DNA of 63,988 nt, filler included, from Octopus bimaculoides (GCF_001194135.2; 5 parts of 5 records of this genome joined end to end with filler, not necessarily neighbours in it), one strand, 5' to 3'; counted from the first letter of the whole stretch, positions 50,848 to 63,605 are shown. A program made the numbers and translations. Notes: generated from the letters alone by a model not told the origin.

Positions 50848-51476
50848 CAGTAGTTTTGTTTTTATCACAAGTTTTCATTGCACTACCAAGCGCAGTTCCA
50901 TGTGCCTTGAGTATGTGCTGTGGTTTGTTTTGGTGTTGTTATTTTCACTGTATTGAAAGTGCTTTACGTAGGATGTGTGCAGTGCCTAGCAGTGTTACTT
51001 TTTATATGCTTTATATATTCATAAGACCTGGTGTTTTGGTTATGTATTTGTCAATATATTTTTCAATCATACCTAATGCATCTATTACTATAGATATTAT
51101 TTCTATTTTCAGGTTCCACATTCAAGTTATCTCTATCTCCAGATCTTTATATTTTGAGAGTTTCTCTGTTTCTTTTAGAGAAACATTGTCATTTGTTGGG
51201 ACTAATATGATGATTAGAAGTCATTTTTTTTCCTGAGGGTCTCTGATGACAATATCTGGTGTATTTGCCTTGATCTCTCTATATGTATGTATTGACATAT
51301 CTTGGAATACGGTTGCTTTGTCACTTTCTGAGACCTTTTCTGGTATATACTAATACCATTTTTTTTTCTGTTGACGTTCCATAATGTTGGCACAGCTTAC
51401 TGTGTATAAATGTCCTAACTCTATCATGTCTGAGGACATATTCCATTTTAGCCAGGATTGGACAGCCAGAGACAAT
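50848..51476 (-). mobile_element. R4/Dong-like fragment D5 with 3' UTR
   Basis: IVSGCPILAKMEYVLRHDRV, KANTPDIVIRD; (AAT)3 upstream in sense; 3' end AAAACTACTG. Confidence 0.8.
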
Positions 51477-51510
51477 ATTATTATTAGTTGTAGTAGTAAT
51501 AGTAGTAGTA

Positions 51511-51723
51511 AGGCGGCGAGCTGGCAGAATTGTTAGCACACTAGGCAAAATGCTTACTGGTATTTCACTTGTTGCTACATTCTGGGTTCAAATTCCACCA
51601 AGGTAGACGTTACCTTTCATCCTTTCGAGGTTGATAAATTGAGTACCAGTGAAACACTGGGGTCAATGAAATCAACTAGTCCCCTCCCCCTAAATTTCAG
51701 GCTTTGTGCCTATAATAGAAAGG

Positions 51724-51782
<59 letters not shown>

Positions 51783-51783
51783 C
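51511..51783 (+). mobile_element. tRNA-headed SINE S3, full length, with (ATT)n tail
   Basis: GGCGGCGAGCTGGCAGAAT, box B GGGTTCAAATTCC, CCTTTCATCCTTTCGAGGTTGATAAATTGAGTACCAG. Confidence 0.9.
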
Positions 51784-52443
51784 ACTGGCCTTGTAGGGTT
51801 TTTGAGCGAGATCGTTGCCAGTGCCCCTGGACTGGCTCTTGTGCGGGTGGCACATAAAAGACACCATTTTGAGCATGGCCGTTTTCGTGCGGGTNNNNNN
51901 NNNNNNNNNNNNNNNNNNNNNNNNNNNNNNNNNNNNNNNNNNNNNNNNNNNNNNNNNNNNNNNNNNNNNNNNNNNNNNNNNNNNNNNNNNNNNNNNNNNN
52001 NNNNNNNNNNNNNNNNNNNNNNNNNNNNNNNNNNNNNNNNNNNNNNNNNNNNNNNNNNNNNNNNNNNNNNNNNNNNNNNNNNNNNNNNNNNNNNNNNNNN
52101 NNNNNNNNNNNNNNNNNNNNNNNNNNNNNNNNNNNNNNNNNNNNNNNNNNNNNNNNNNNNNNNNNNNNNNNNNNNNNNNNNNNNNNNNNNNNNNNNNNNN
52201 NNNNNNNNNNNNNNNNNNNNNNNNNNNNNNNNNNNNNNNNNNNNNNNNNNNNNNNNNNNNNNNNNNNNNNNNNNNNNNNNNNNNNNNNNNNNNNNNNNNN
52301 NNNNNNNNNNNNNNNNNNNNNNNNNNNNNNNNNNNNNNNNNNNNNNNNNNNNNNNNNNNNNNNNNNNNNNNNNNNNNNNNNNNNNNNNNNGCTATGATGT
52401 TCCCCCACTACTTCTGCTCTATTATTATTATTATTATTGTTAT

Positions 52444-52492
<49 letters not shown>

Positions 52493-52493
<1 letters not shown>

Positions 52494-53215
52494 AGGCAGC
52501 AAGCTGGTAGAATCGTTAGCATACCGGGCTAAATGCTTAACAGCATTTCATCCATTTCCATGTTCTGAGTTCAAATTCTGCTAGGGTTGGCTTTGCCTTT
52601 CATCCTTTCAGGGTCAATGAAATAAGTACCAGTTGAGCACTAGGGTTGATGAAACTGACTAGCCCCCTCCCCCAAAATCTCAGGCCTTGTGCCTATAGTA
52701 GAAAGGATTATTATTATTAATAATAATAATAATAATAATGATAATAATAATGTTGTTGATGTTGTTGTTGTTGTTACAGTTAGCAGGTAGAATCATTAGA
52801 GCATTGGCAAAAATACTATTGGATATTTATTTGTTCCAGCTCTTTATGTGCCAAATTCAAATCCCATTGAAGTCAACTTTGCTTTTCATTCCTCAAGGGC
52901 CAATAATATAATGTACTATTCAAACACTGCAGTCGACAGTACACACTTAACCCCTCCCCTCAAATTTATTAGCTTTGTGCCTAAATTTGATATTACTATT
53001 ATGAACAGTGATGGATCAGCATAATTATTAGAGTGGCAGAAAAAAAAGTACCCAACAGTATTTCTTCCAACTCTTTACGCTCTCAGTTCAAATTCTTTTG
53101 AACTTTTTATATCTCAAGGGTCAATAAATTAAAGGGCCGAGCAATTACTGACATCGAGGTGATCAACTAACCCCTCTCCTTAAAATTGCTAGCCTTTTTG
53201 TCTAAATCAGAAATC
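52493..53215 (+). mobile_element. Three head-to-tail S3 copies
   Basis: Copies at about 52493-52720, 52780-52990 and 53020-53215, increasingly diverged. Confidence 0.8.
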
Positions 53216-53561
53216 ATCATTTTCATTGTTGTTGTTATCCTCCTCGGCTCTTCTACTACTACTGCTACTGCTGCTGCTATAACTACTATTATTACTACTG
53301 CTGTTTGATATTTCTGTTAATGTGTCATGTTTGTCACTGAGCTTTGAATTCCTGTTTCACTTAATGATTGTTTGATTAGTAAAGCCTGATTAATATGGCA
53401 CAACCAAAACCAGCGTAATGACCAACATCACCAACACAAACACTACTATCACCACTAACACCATCAACGCCACCACCACCACTGCTACCCTAAATGCCAC
53501 CACCACTAAAATCATCTCCCCCATCAACGCCACCACCACTATCATTAATACCACCACCACC

Positions 53562-54014
53562 AGTGGTACATAAAAGGCACCCATACTGGGGATATGTAGA
53601 AAGCATCCATGACACATGAATGGCACCTGTGCCAGTTACACATAGAAGTGACATATGAAAGGCACTCATGCCAATGACGCATAAAAGGTACCCATGCCGG
53701 TGACATGTAAAAGGCACCTATGCCAGTGACACATAAAGGCACATGTGCCAGTGACATGTAAGAGCCCTCCGTGCTGGTGACACATAAAAGACATCCATGT
53801 CGGTGGCATGTAAAAGGCAACCGTGCCAGTGACATATAGATAAGTGGCACTCATGCCAGTGACACCTAGTACACTCTGTAGAGTGGATGGCATTTGGAAG
53901 GGCATGTAGTCATAGAAACCAAGCCAAAATAAGCTTGGAGCCTGGTGCAACTCTCCAGCTTACCAGCCCCAGTCAAACCATCTTACCCAAGCCAGCATGG
54001 AAAATAGGTGCTAA

Positions 54015-54073
<59 letters not shown>

Positions 54074-54107
54074 GGTGGTGGTGGTGGTGGTGGTGATGAT
54101 GATGATG
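53562..54107 (+). mobile_element. RTE-tail-like repeat R with a 26-bp minisatellite leader (about 10 units, 53562-53866)
   Basis: Unit consensus GCCAGTGACACGTAAAAGGCACCCAT; then the shared tail and (GAT)n(GGT)n. Confidence 0.8.
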
Positions 54108-54639
54108 CAGCCNNNNNNNNNNNNNNNNNNNNNNNNNNNNNNNNNNNNNNNNNNNNNNNNNNNNNNNNNNNNNNNNNNNNNNNNNNNNNNNNNNNNNNNN
54201 NNNNNNNNNNNNNNNNNNNNNNNNNNNNNNNNNNNNNNNNNNNNNNNNNNNNNNNNNNNNNNNNNNNNNNNNNNNNNNNNNNNNNNNNNNNNNNNNNNNN
54301 NNNNNNNNNNNNNNNNNNNNNNNNNNNNNNNNNNNNNNNNNNNNNNNNNNNNNNNNNNNNNNNNNNNNNNNNNNNNNNNNNNNNNNNNNNNNNNNNNNNN
54401 NNNNNNNNNNNNNNNNNNNNNNNNNNNNNNNNNNNNNNNNNNNNNNNNNNNNNNNNNNNNNNNNNNNNNNNNNNNNNNNNNNNNNNNNNNNNNNNNNNNN
54501 NNNNNNNNNNNNNNNNNNNNNNNNNNNNNNNNNNNNNNNNNNNNNNNNNNNNNNNNNNNNNNNNNNNNNNNNNNNNNNNNNNNNNNNNNNNNNNNNNNNN
54601 NNNNNNNNNNNNNNNNNNNNNNNNNNNNNNNNNNNNNNA

Positions 54640-54991
54640 GGGTTCCAGTTGATCCGATCAACGGAACAGCCTGCTCGTGAAATTAACGTGCAAGTGGCTG
54701 AGCACTCCACAGACACGTGTACCCTTAACGCAGTTCTCGGGGATATTCAGCGTGACACAGTGTGACAAGGCTGACCCTTTGAATTACAGGCACAACAGAA
54801 ACAGGAAGTAAGAGTGAGAGAAAGTTGTGGTGAAAGAGTACAGCAGGGTTTGCCACCATCCCCTGCCGGAGCCTCATGGAGCTTTTAGGTGTTTTCGCTC
54901 AATAAACACTCACAACGCCCGGTTTGGGAATCAAAACCGCGATCCTGTGACCGCGAGTCCGCTGCCCTAACAACTGGGCTATTGTGCCTCC
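54640..54991 (-). mobile_element. SINE S2
   Basis: Reverse complement of 39967-40344; 3' end in gap. Confidence 0.9.
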
Positions 54992-55099
54992 ACTTCTATC
55001 AACACTACCACACCATCATCACCACCAACACCACCAACACCAGCAACAACAATAAAACCACAACAACAGCAACAGAGCCAGTGTTGAAGCCTCTGCATG

Positions 55100-55290
55100 G
55101 TCATGTGATACGCTAGAAATAGCATCCAGATCTCCTTGAAATTACTTCCAACCATCTGAGAAAAAAAAAAGACATTGGATACTGTTGTCTTGGGTTACCT
55201 GCACATAGGAAAAAGATGAGGTGGTCAAGGATGGAATGCTTTTGATCATGTTTGTTTGGTCAGGATTGATCTGAGGTTTAAATAACAATA
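55100..55290 (+). mobile_element. SINE-like family S4
   Basis: GATACGCTAGAAATAGCATCCAGATCTCC...GGATGGAATGCTTTTGATCATG. Confidence 0.55.
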
Positions 55291-55319
55291 TAATTCTAAG
55301 GTGGTTTGCTTAGTGGCTG

Positions 55320-55810
55320 ACCATAGTAACATAGTACTACCACCAATGTCATTAACTGATACCACTATTGAGACCACTGATACCACCACCACCACCACTA
55401 TTACAACAAACACCAACACCACCAAACCACCAACAACACCATCACTTCCACCACAGTTACCACCAACACCACAACCATCACTACCACCAATACCATCACA
55501 ACAAAAAACACCAATACTACTACTGCCACCACAACTAACGCCATCACCATTGTTACTTCTACTACCACCAACACTGCCAATATCACCAACAATACCACCA
55601 CTACTAACACCACCACTGCTATCACCGCTGTAACTACTACTACCACCACCACTACCACCACCACTAACACCACCACTGCCACCATCACAAACACCACTAC
55701 TACCACAACCACTAACACCACCACCACCACCACCACCATCACCAACATCACAAACACCACCACTACCACTAACACCACCACCAACATCAACACCATCACC
55801 ACTACCAGAT
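55320..55810. repeat. Cryptic (ACC/ACT/AAC)n low-complexity tract
   Basis: Read directly; smaller tracts at 53400-53560 and 55005-55070. Confidence 0.9.
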
Positions 55811-56389
55811 AACCAACAATAATCCACAATAAGTCTCCACTAAGTATCGAAAATTTAAACTATGTTCAAGTTAGGACTTGTAACTCACTTAAAACCATTT
55901 AATCTTGTTAGCTTCCATTCAGTTGACGTGAGCCTAACTGTGGATATTAAAGTATTTCAATTACAGAAAATAAAGAGACAAGTAGATAAAATAAATAAAG
56001 CAACAAATTATGGGTTAGGAGTTCAAATGCACTGCAAGCCTTTTTCACTGGGCCTCTGACAGTGGTACGTTGCATAACAAAGGACTAAAATATCTGGCAC
56101 CTTGAGCTTGAGAAAACCCACTCATCACCACAGAATTGATATCCTAAAACCACCTTGATACATGCTTGTACATGCAAAGCTCTGCTCAGCTTCCATTCCC
56201 TCTTCCCATCAAGCTTCCCCCACATCTCATTCTGTACCTTCATCATTTCTTTATCTCTGATATTATCAGGCTACCATAATCACTTGAGAGCAGAATAGGC
56301 ACATACTACACACACACACACACACATACACACTTTTTCCTTACCTTCCCCTTTCCTTTCCTCCCCAGAACTATTTCCATTCCTCATTA

Positions 56390-56728
56390 CACAACGCAAC
56401 AATTTCCAAAACAAAATTTGTTTATTGCATTTTTTTATTGTTTATCAATCCATTTTTCCTGCTGATTCCAAAAATAAAATTATTTTTATGTATCATCAAC
56501 AGTTAAAAAAATATCTCTCTTTACTTGTTTCAGTCATTTGACTGCGGCCATGCTGGAGCACCGCCTTTAGTCGAGCAAATCGACCCCAGGACTTATTCTT
56601 TAGAAGCCTAGTACTTATTCTATCAGTCTCTTTTGCCGAACCGCTAAGTTACGGGGATGTAAACACACCAGCATCGGTTGTCAAGCGCTGTTGGGGGAAC
56701 AAACACAGACACACAAACATATACACAC

Positions 56729-56759
<31 letters not shown>

Positions 56760-58270
56760 NNNNNNNNNNNNNNNNNNNNNNNNNNNNNNNNNNNNNNNNN
56801 NNNNNNNNNNNNNNNNNNNNNNNNNNNNNNNNNNNNNNNNNNNNNNNNNNNNNNNNNNNNNNNNNNNNNNNNNNNNNNNNNNNNNNNNNNNNNNNNNNNN
56901 NNNNNNNNNNNNNNNNNNNNNNNNNNNNNNNNNNNNNNNNNNNNNNNNNNNNNNNNNNNNNNNNNNNNNNNNNNNNNNNNNNNNNNNNNNNNNNNNNNNN
57001 NNNNNNNNNNNNNNNNNNNNNNNNNNNNNNACTTTTAATGTTATTATATATTCGATATTGTTATAATGTTCTGCTACTAAATGTATGTCTAATTTTCTCT
57101 TTCAGACCAATTACTAAGTTCTGCTACTTTCAGGATGGCTACTAGAGTATGTAAAAATTCTCCAGATATTTTGTTATGTGTGTGGTTATTATATTGGAAA
57201 AAAGCAGGTATTACATGAGATCGTGAGAGGTGCCAAATTGTGGATAGCGTACAGACTCTATTTCAGAATGTCTGTGGGTGACCAAGACAAACCATGGACC
57301 CCACATGTGATATGTGGAAGCTGTCGATCTACTCTAGAAGGATAGTTAAGAGGTACAGAGAGGTCAATGCTTTTTGTCATTCCAAGGGTATGGAGAGAGC
57401 CAAAGAACCATCACAATGACTTACTTTTGTATGATCGATGTGACAAAGTACAGAAAAGTGAAAGGAAGACAAGCTCTTCAGTATCCACACATACCATCAT
57501 CTAGAACACCTGTCCCACATGATGACAGTTTATGAGTACCACTACCACCAGAAAATATTTCATCTGAAGAGTCAACAAGTAGCAGCAGCCAAAAAATGGA
57601 GGAAGCTTTCGTACCAAGAACGACTTTGGAGCCTCACTTTCCAAATCAGAGTGAGCTAGATGATTTAATCAGGTATCTGGGTCTTACTAAGTCAGGAGCT
57701 GAACTTCTTTCATCAAGATTGAAGGAATGGAATCTACTAGGGGAAGACTGCAAGACATCTGTATACCGGAAACACCATGAAGAATTTGAAATTTACTATG
57801 AAAATATTAATGATCTGTGTTATTGTAAAGATGTGATTGGTTTGTTTACTGCTATTGAACTCAAGCATGAGTCTGCAGAATGGCAACTGTGCATAGATAG
57901 CTTAACACGAAGTCTCAAAGCAGTGTTGCTCCACAATGGAAATAAATATCCTTCTTTGCCTCTTGCACACTCCATACAGAAGAATGAAAATTATGATAAT
58001 GTCAAAGAACTTCTAGACAAAATAAATTACGTTGAGTTCAAGTGGGATGTTTGTGGGGATTTCAAGATGCTTGCCTTCTTGCTTGGCTTGCAAGGGGAAT
58101 ACACAAAGTATTCATGTTTCCTTTGCTTATGGGACGGCAGAGCTGATGATGATCATAACAAGAGAGTACATTGGCCCCCACGAATGGAACTGCAGGCAGG
58201 AATGTTAAATGTTCTCAAACAGCCTCTAGTAGATTCCAACAAAATCTTATTACCCCCACTTCATATCAAA
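56390..58270 (+). mobile_element. Second Chapaev3-like transposon (different family), 3'-truncated, interrupted by a SINE and a gap
   Basis: Putative end TTA|CACAACGCAACA; MATRVCKNSPD..CYVCG..GDQDKPW; long ORF from 57596 with SLKAVLLHNGNKYPS, CGDFK, TKYSCFLCLWD, LLPPLHIKL. Confidence 0.78.
56516..56759 (-). mobile_element. SINE S1 3' half nested in the Chapaev3-like element
   Basis: TTTCAGTCATTTGACTGCGGCCATGCTGGAGCACCGCC..., then (TA)n and a gap. Confidence 0.9.
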
Positions 58271-58451
58271 CTCTTCTCCACCCTTCTTCTGCAACAGAGA
58301 TTACCTTGTATCTCTTCAACAGCAAGACACCTCTCTCTATCCCTCTATTATTCTTTTACCCTTTCATCAATTGGCACAAAGCCACCTCCCTCAATACTAC
58401 TCCCTTCAGTTGAGGAGACTTTGTCATGTCTTACAAGTAGCATGGTGACCC

Positions 58452-58657
58452 TGCTAATACTGGTACCATAAAAAAAGTACCCGATACACTCTGTAAAGTT
58501 GTAAAGTGGTTGGCACATTAGGAAGGGCATCCAGCTGTAGAACCCATGCCAAAACAGACAAGAGAACTTGGCATAGCCCTCTGGCTTGCAAACTCTTTTC
58601 AAACCGTCCAATCCATGTCAGCATGGAGAATGGATATTAAATGATGATGATGATGAT
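58452..58657 (+). mobile_element. RTE-tail-like repeat R
   Basis: TTAGGAAGGGCATCCAGCTGTAG...CCATGTCAGCATGG...(GAT)n. Confidence 0.8.
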
Positions 58658-58984
58658 ATATATATATATATATATATANNNNNNNNNNNNNNNNNNNNNN
58701 NNNNNNNNNNNNNNNNNNNNNNNNNNNNNNNNNNNNNNNNNNNNNNNNNNNNNNNNNNNNNNNNNNNNNNNNNNNNNNNNNNNNNNNNNNNNNNNNNNNN
58801 NNNNNNNNNNNNNNNNNNNNNNNNNNNNNNNNNNNNNNNNNNNNNNNNNNNNNNNNNNNNNNNNNNNNNNNNNNNNNNNNNNNNNNNNNNNNNNNNNNNN
58901 NNNNNNNNNNNNNNNNNNNNNNNNNNNNNNNNNNNNNNNNNNNNNNNNNNNNNNNNNNNNNNNNNNNNNNNNNNNNNNNNNTAG

Positions 58985-59057
<73 letters not shown>

Positions 59058-59059
<2 letters not shown>

Positions 59060-59315
59060 AGAGGAATAAACCTCAAGGTAGATTCCTAATATGCTAGAAG
59101 ACGCCAAATCGTCTTACCACAAAGAATGTGTTCTCAAGAAATTTCAGCAAATGCCAGAATGTAAAACAAGCAAGACAAATAAAAAGATACAAAATCTGGC
59201 TCATTTAATATTCTGGCATTTGCTGAAATTTCTTGAGAACACATTCTTTGTGATAAGACAATTAGGTGTCTTCTTCTAGCATATTAGGAATCCACCATCG
59301 TGGTTATTCCTCTTA
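59058..59315. repeat. Palindromic MITE-like element, arms about 100 bp, TA-flanked
   Basis: AAGAATGTGTTCTCAAGAAATTTCAGCAAATGCCAGAAT and its exact reverse complement; ends TAAGAGGAATAA and TTATTCCTCTTA. Confidence 0.9.
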
Positions 59316-59809
59316 TATATGTATTATAATTTGTTAATCATTGGATTTTTTTAAGTATGCTAGGCCACTGGTTTAAATTGATATTGATTAATTAATATCA
59401 ATTTCTACCCTCATTATTTAACTTTTATACAGATGGTAACATATAGATTCGAAAACTACTGACCGATCCTAAGGAAATTTGGAACACAAAATCTAAGCCA
59501 AGGGAAAAAGGTAATTCTGTATGTTTCATACAATTTCATGGACCAAAATTACTGAATGGATCCTTATGATATTTGGAACATAGATTCAATGCATAAGGGT
59601 GGGTATAATGCAGTATGTTTGGTTTGAATTTGAGGTGGCTTAAAGGGGGCAGAACCCCCTCATGAAAATTCATAAATTTCTGATGTTGATGAAATTTCAA
59701 CCATAGGTAATTGACACACATCAAGAAGTATTCCCAAGAAGTATTCCCAAAGTTTCTGCTTCTCATGAGGATTCTAAGACACCCTAATGGGGTCCTTAGC
59801 TCCCAAACT

Positions 59810-59909
59810 NNNNNNNNNNNNNNNNNNNNNNNNNNNNNNNNNNNNNNNNNNNNTTAATTAATTAANNNNNNNNNNNNNNNNNNNNNNNNNNNNNNNNNNN
59901 NNNNNNNNN
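59810..59909. other. Artificial scaffold linker
   Basis: TTAATTAATTAA at 59854-59865 within N. Confidence 0.95.
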
Positions 59910-60385
59910 ATATATATATATATACGTACACACATGCATATGTATGCACCCGCATAGGAGCACATACGTGTATAGATATGTGATATGCACAAGAATTTGA
60001 TGGGTGTATTTGGTGCAGATTTTGTTTTCAATTTGTGTATGTATATGTGCGCGTACTCCTGAGTGTACATTTATATATATGCATACGCACACACATACAG
60101 ACACCCAGGCATGCACACACACACACACATATACATACACTGGCTATCGCATGCACAAACACATATATATATATATAGACATACATACAATCATATGCAT
60201 ACATACATACATATATACACGCTTATATATCATCACTCACTGATCATTATCTTCCTGTGAATTCAGTCTTCTGCAAACAAACATACATACACACACACAT
60301 ACACACATGCATATACATACATATATACGCAGACATGTATACATATATACTTATCTATCTCTCACACTCTCACTTATTTTCTCTC

Positions 60386-60418
<33 letters not shown>

Positions 60419-60511
60419 CTTGTATTTGTGTATGTATGTATGTGTGTATATATATATATATATATGTATATAATTTATATATGTAGTTATATATATTTGT
60501 ACAGGTATATA

Positions 60512-60605
<94 letters not shown>

Positions 60606-60809
60606 TGTACGTACAGGTATAGATGTTTATATATGTAAATAATGCTGATACTATCTGCATATCGGTATGTATTTAAACTTTTAAATATATACACTTGCAC
60701 ACATACACACACATACATATATATATACATACATATATATCTAGATATAGAGATATATATACACATACAGTCAAATGTGTAAATAACCATATACAGACAA
60801 CGCTGTACA

Positions 60810-60856
<47 letters not shown>

Positions 60857-61747
60857 ATGTGTGTGTGTGTATGTATGTTTGTATGAGCGTGTATAAGTTT
60901 ATGTATATCTAGATATAGAGATATACATAAACTTATACACGCTCACACACACATACATACATTTATATATACTTCCATATATATATGTCTCTATGTGTAT
61001 ATATGCATGTACTTCATTGTCTGTATATGGTTCTTTACACACTTGGATGTAGGTGTATGAGTATTTATGTATGGTGTCGACTATATATATATAGTCGTCA
61101 CCATACAGACGCAGGAGTGGTTGTGTGGGAAGTAGTTTGCTTACCAGCCACATAGTTCTGTGTTCAATCCCACTGCGTGGCATCCTAGGTGTCTCCTACT
61201 ATAGTCTCGGGCTGACCAAAGCCTTGTGATGTGCTTTTTCATTTGTGCTATACACACACACATACACACGCACACACACAGACACATATGCATGTACACT
61301 GAGTAAAATACATGTGGTATAGCTAAGATGAGGGCAAATTACAATGAATTTTACATAATGAGCAAAGGCACCATAGAATTTGTGTCTGCAATAACAAATT
61401 GTGTATGAGCATCGACCAAGTGAAAACTTCTTTTAATATACCCTTAAACTTTCCAACTGGTAGTGTCCTCTAACACGCTTCCCCTGCTACTAATACTACA
61501 CCACTGCCCCCACCAGCCCTGAATCGGAATAAACTCCGGCCATCCCAGATTATATAGCCCAATAGCATGCACGGTGATAATGCCATCAGAAGTAGAAACC
61601 GTGAGATCTTATAGTTCGTACCCATGTTCATACAATAAGTATTTAACACTGCATTTAACATCAGCAGCCTCTCTATGGGTATTTCCGTCCATACTGTATC
61701 AAGGTATGAATATATGTATGTGTGTGTGTGTGTGTGTGCTTGAGATG

Positions 61748-61812
<65 letters not shown>

Positions 61813-61903
61813 CTTTCTGAATGTATATGTGCATTCATACAAACATTTACATCTATGCATGCATGTTTATAGGCACCTAAATATGTGTGTGTAATTATGC
61901 ACG

Positions 61904-61948
<45 letters not shown>

Positions 61949-62340
61949 GAGTGTGTATGGGTATATGCAAATATATATATTTATCTGTCTGTAAAGCAAG
62001 TGAACTTAACATTTTTTCGATGTGTGTATGTACGTATAAATATATCAATCCCTATATATATATATATTTATATATACAGAGAGAGAGAGAAAGAGAGAGA
62101 GATGGGGGAAGAACACATAATTTAGTCCCTGTGTGTATACATAATATAGTTACGTAAGACATACATATATATATATATATATATATCCTGTTATGTAGAT
62201 GAATGCATATATAGATTCATAAATATGAACATAGACCTATATACATTCGCTCATTCGTACATACATACAAACACACGCGCACACACATACACACGTGCTC
62301 ACACATACAGACGTCGTATGTGTGTGGGGGGGGGGAAGAG
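59910..62340. repeat. Microsatellite-dense block ((TA)n, (CA)n, (TATG)n, (CT)n) containing an S1 head at 61104-61229
   Basis: Read directly. Confidence 0.9.
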
Positions 62341-62761
62341 AGAATCAATGCTGCAGTTGACAGTCTTCGTGTTGAGGTTACTGGCCTGCTTAGCAAAATA
62401 TCTCCTCCTTTCCTTAAACTGACAATTATTAACACACGTCGAAATATTACTTGTGGTCATTGAAAGTATAATACGGAAGCATCAGCTGGAGGTTTATTGA
62501 AACGTGTGACCGAGAGAGAAAAAAAAATTGATCTGACCTTCACCCAATCGAAATGGAGAGTGATCTCATATAAGAGAATGACACCAGTGAAAATATGGGC
62601 TGCAGCAAATATTCGGCTACGGCAAAAATATGGGCTACAGCCAATATTCTGCCCAAATACTACAGATTTGTTTCTTAGTTGGTTGATCTTAATCATTTGC
62701 GCGTGTCCTTTAGTAGTTGATGACATGTGCAATTCTGATCGCGTGCAGAATTGCACATATC

Positions 62762-62861
62762 NNNNNNNNNNNNNNNNNNNNNNNNNNNNNNNNNNNNNNN
62801 NNNNNTTAATTAATTAANNNNNNNNNNNNNNNNNNNNNNNNNNNNNNNNNNNNNNNNNNNN
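62762..62861. other. Artificial scaffold linker
   Basis: TTAATTAATTAA at 62806-62817 within N. Confidence 0.95.
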
Positions 62862-63520
62862 GTCTTTCCTGACCAGCGTCACTACTCCCTGGTGCACAAC
62901 TCTAGGAACAAACCCATTCTGTTGCCAGTTCACGTAAACGCTAGCCAGTACGTACCCGAACAAGTCTGGCATAGTTTTATATAGCTCGTACGGTAGACCA
63001 TCGAGTCCCGGCGCTTTACCACCGCCGCAGTCCGCTATGGCTCCAATCACTTCCCCAGATGTAATCGACCACGTCCTGTCCCGAGAGGCGTGGCAGCCCG
63101 GCGAGGAAGTCTGTAAGGTCTATCCTACTATTCGGTCCATTGCTCCCCACGAAAAGCTGGGCGAAGTGCTCCTGAAAGGTCCGACACATCTCCTCGGGTT
63201 CGTTTATCAAATCACCTTGCGCATTCACCACAGATCGAATTATGGAGTCATTTCCACATGCCCATCCAGCGGCCTTGATTCCCTCGCACCCCATTGCACG
63301 AAGTCTAGCTCTGACGATACACCCCCATGTGTTTGGCTTCGAGGTGCTGGCTTAACTCCAGTCTCTTCGCCCTCACCTGGGATGCGTCGCCAGTTCTCAT
63401 GGCTTCCTCTAGGGCCTTAACTAATTCAGTTTCCTTCTTACGCCCTCTAGCCACTAAACCTATTGTATTGTCTTTTGTATAACCTCTATATTTAGCCCCT
63501 TGTGGGTAATAAATTAACGA
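62862..63520 (-). pseudogene. Tx1/L1-like LINE ORF2 fragment (linker and start of RT)
   Basis: MCRTFQEHFAQLF, GKAPGLDGLPYELYK, GVVTLVRKD; frameshifted; truncated at the linker. Confidence 0.75.
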
Positions 63521-63605
63521 AGATGTCGGAATCGCCTCAGAGTAACAATTTATTTGTTTGAGTCTCGTCATTTTTGACCGCGGTTTGATTGTTTGTATAT
63601 GTATA

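Noticed and set aside
55246-55829. Mucin-like, Gly-rich or Val-rich ORFs
   Set aside because: Translations of a cryptic trinucleotide tract, open in several frames on both strands.
59858-62435. Many YIYI, CVCV and HTHT ORFs here and throughout
   Set aside because: Dinucleotide microsatellite and N-gap artefacts.
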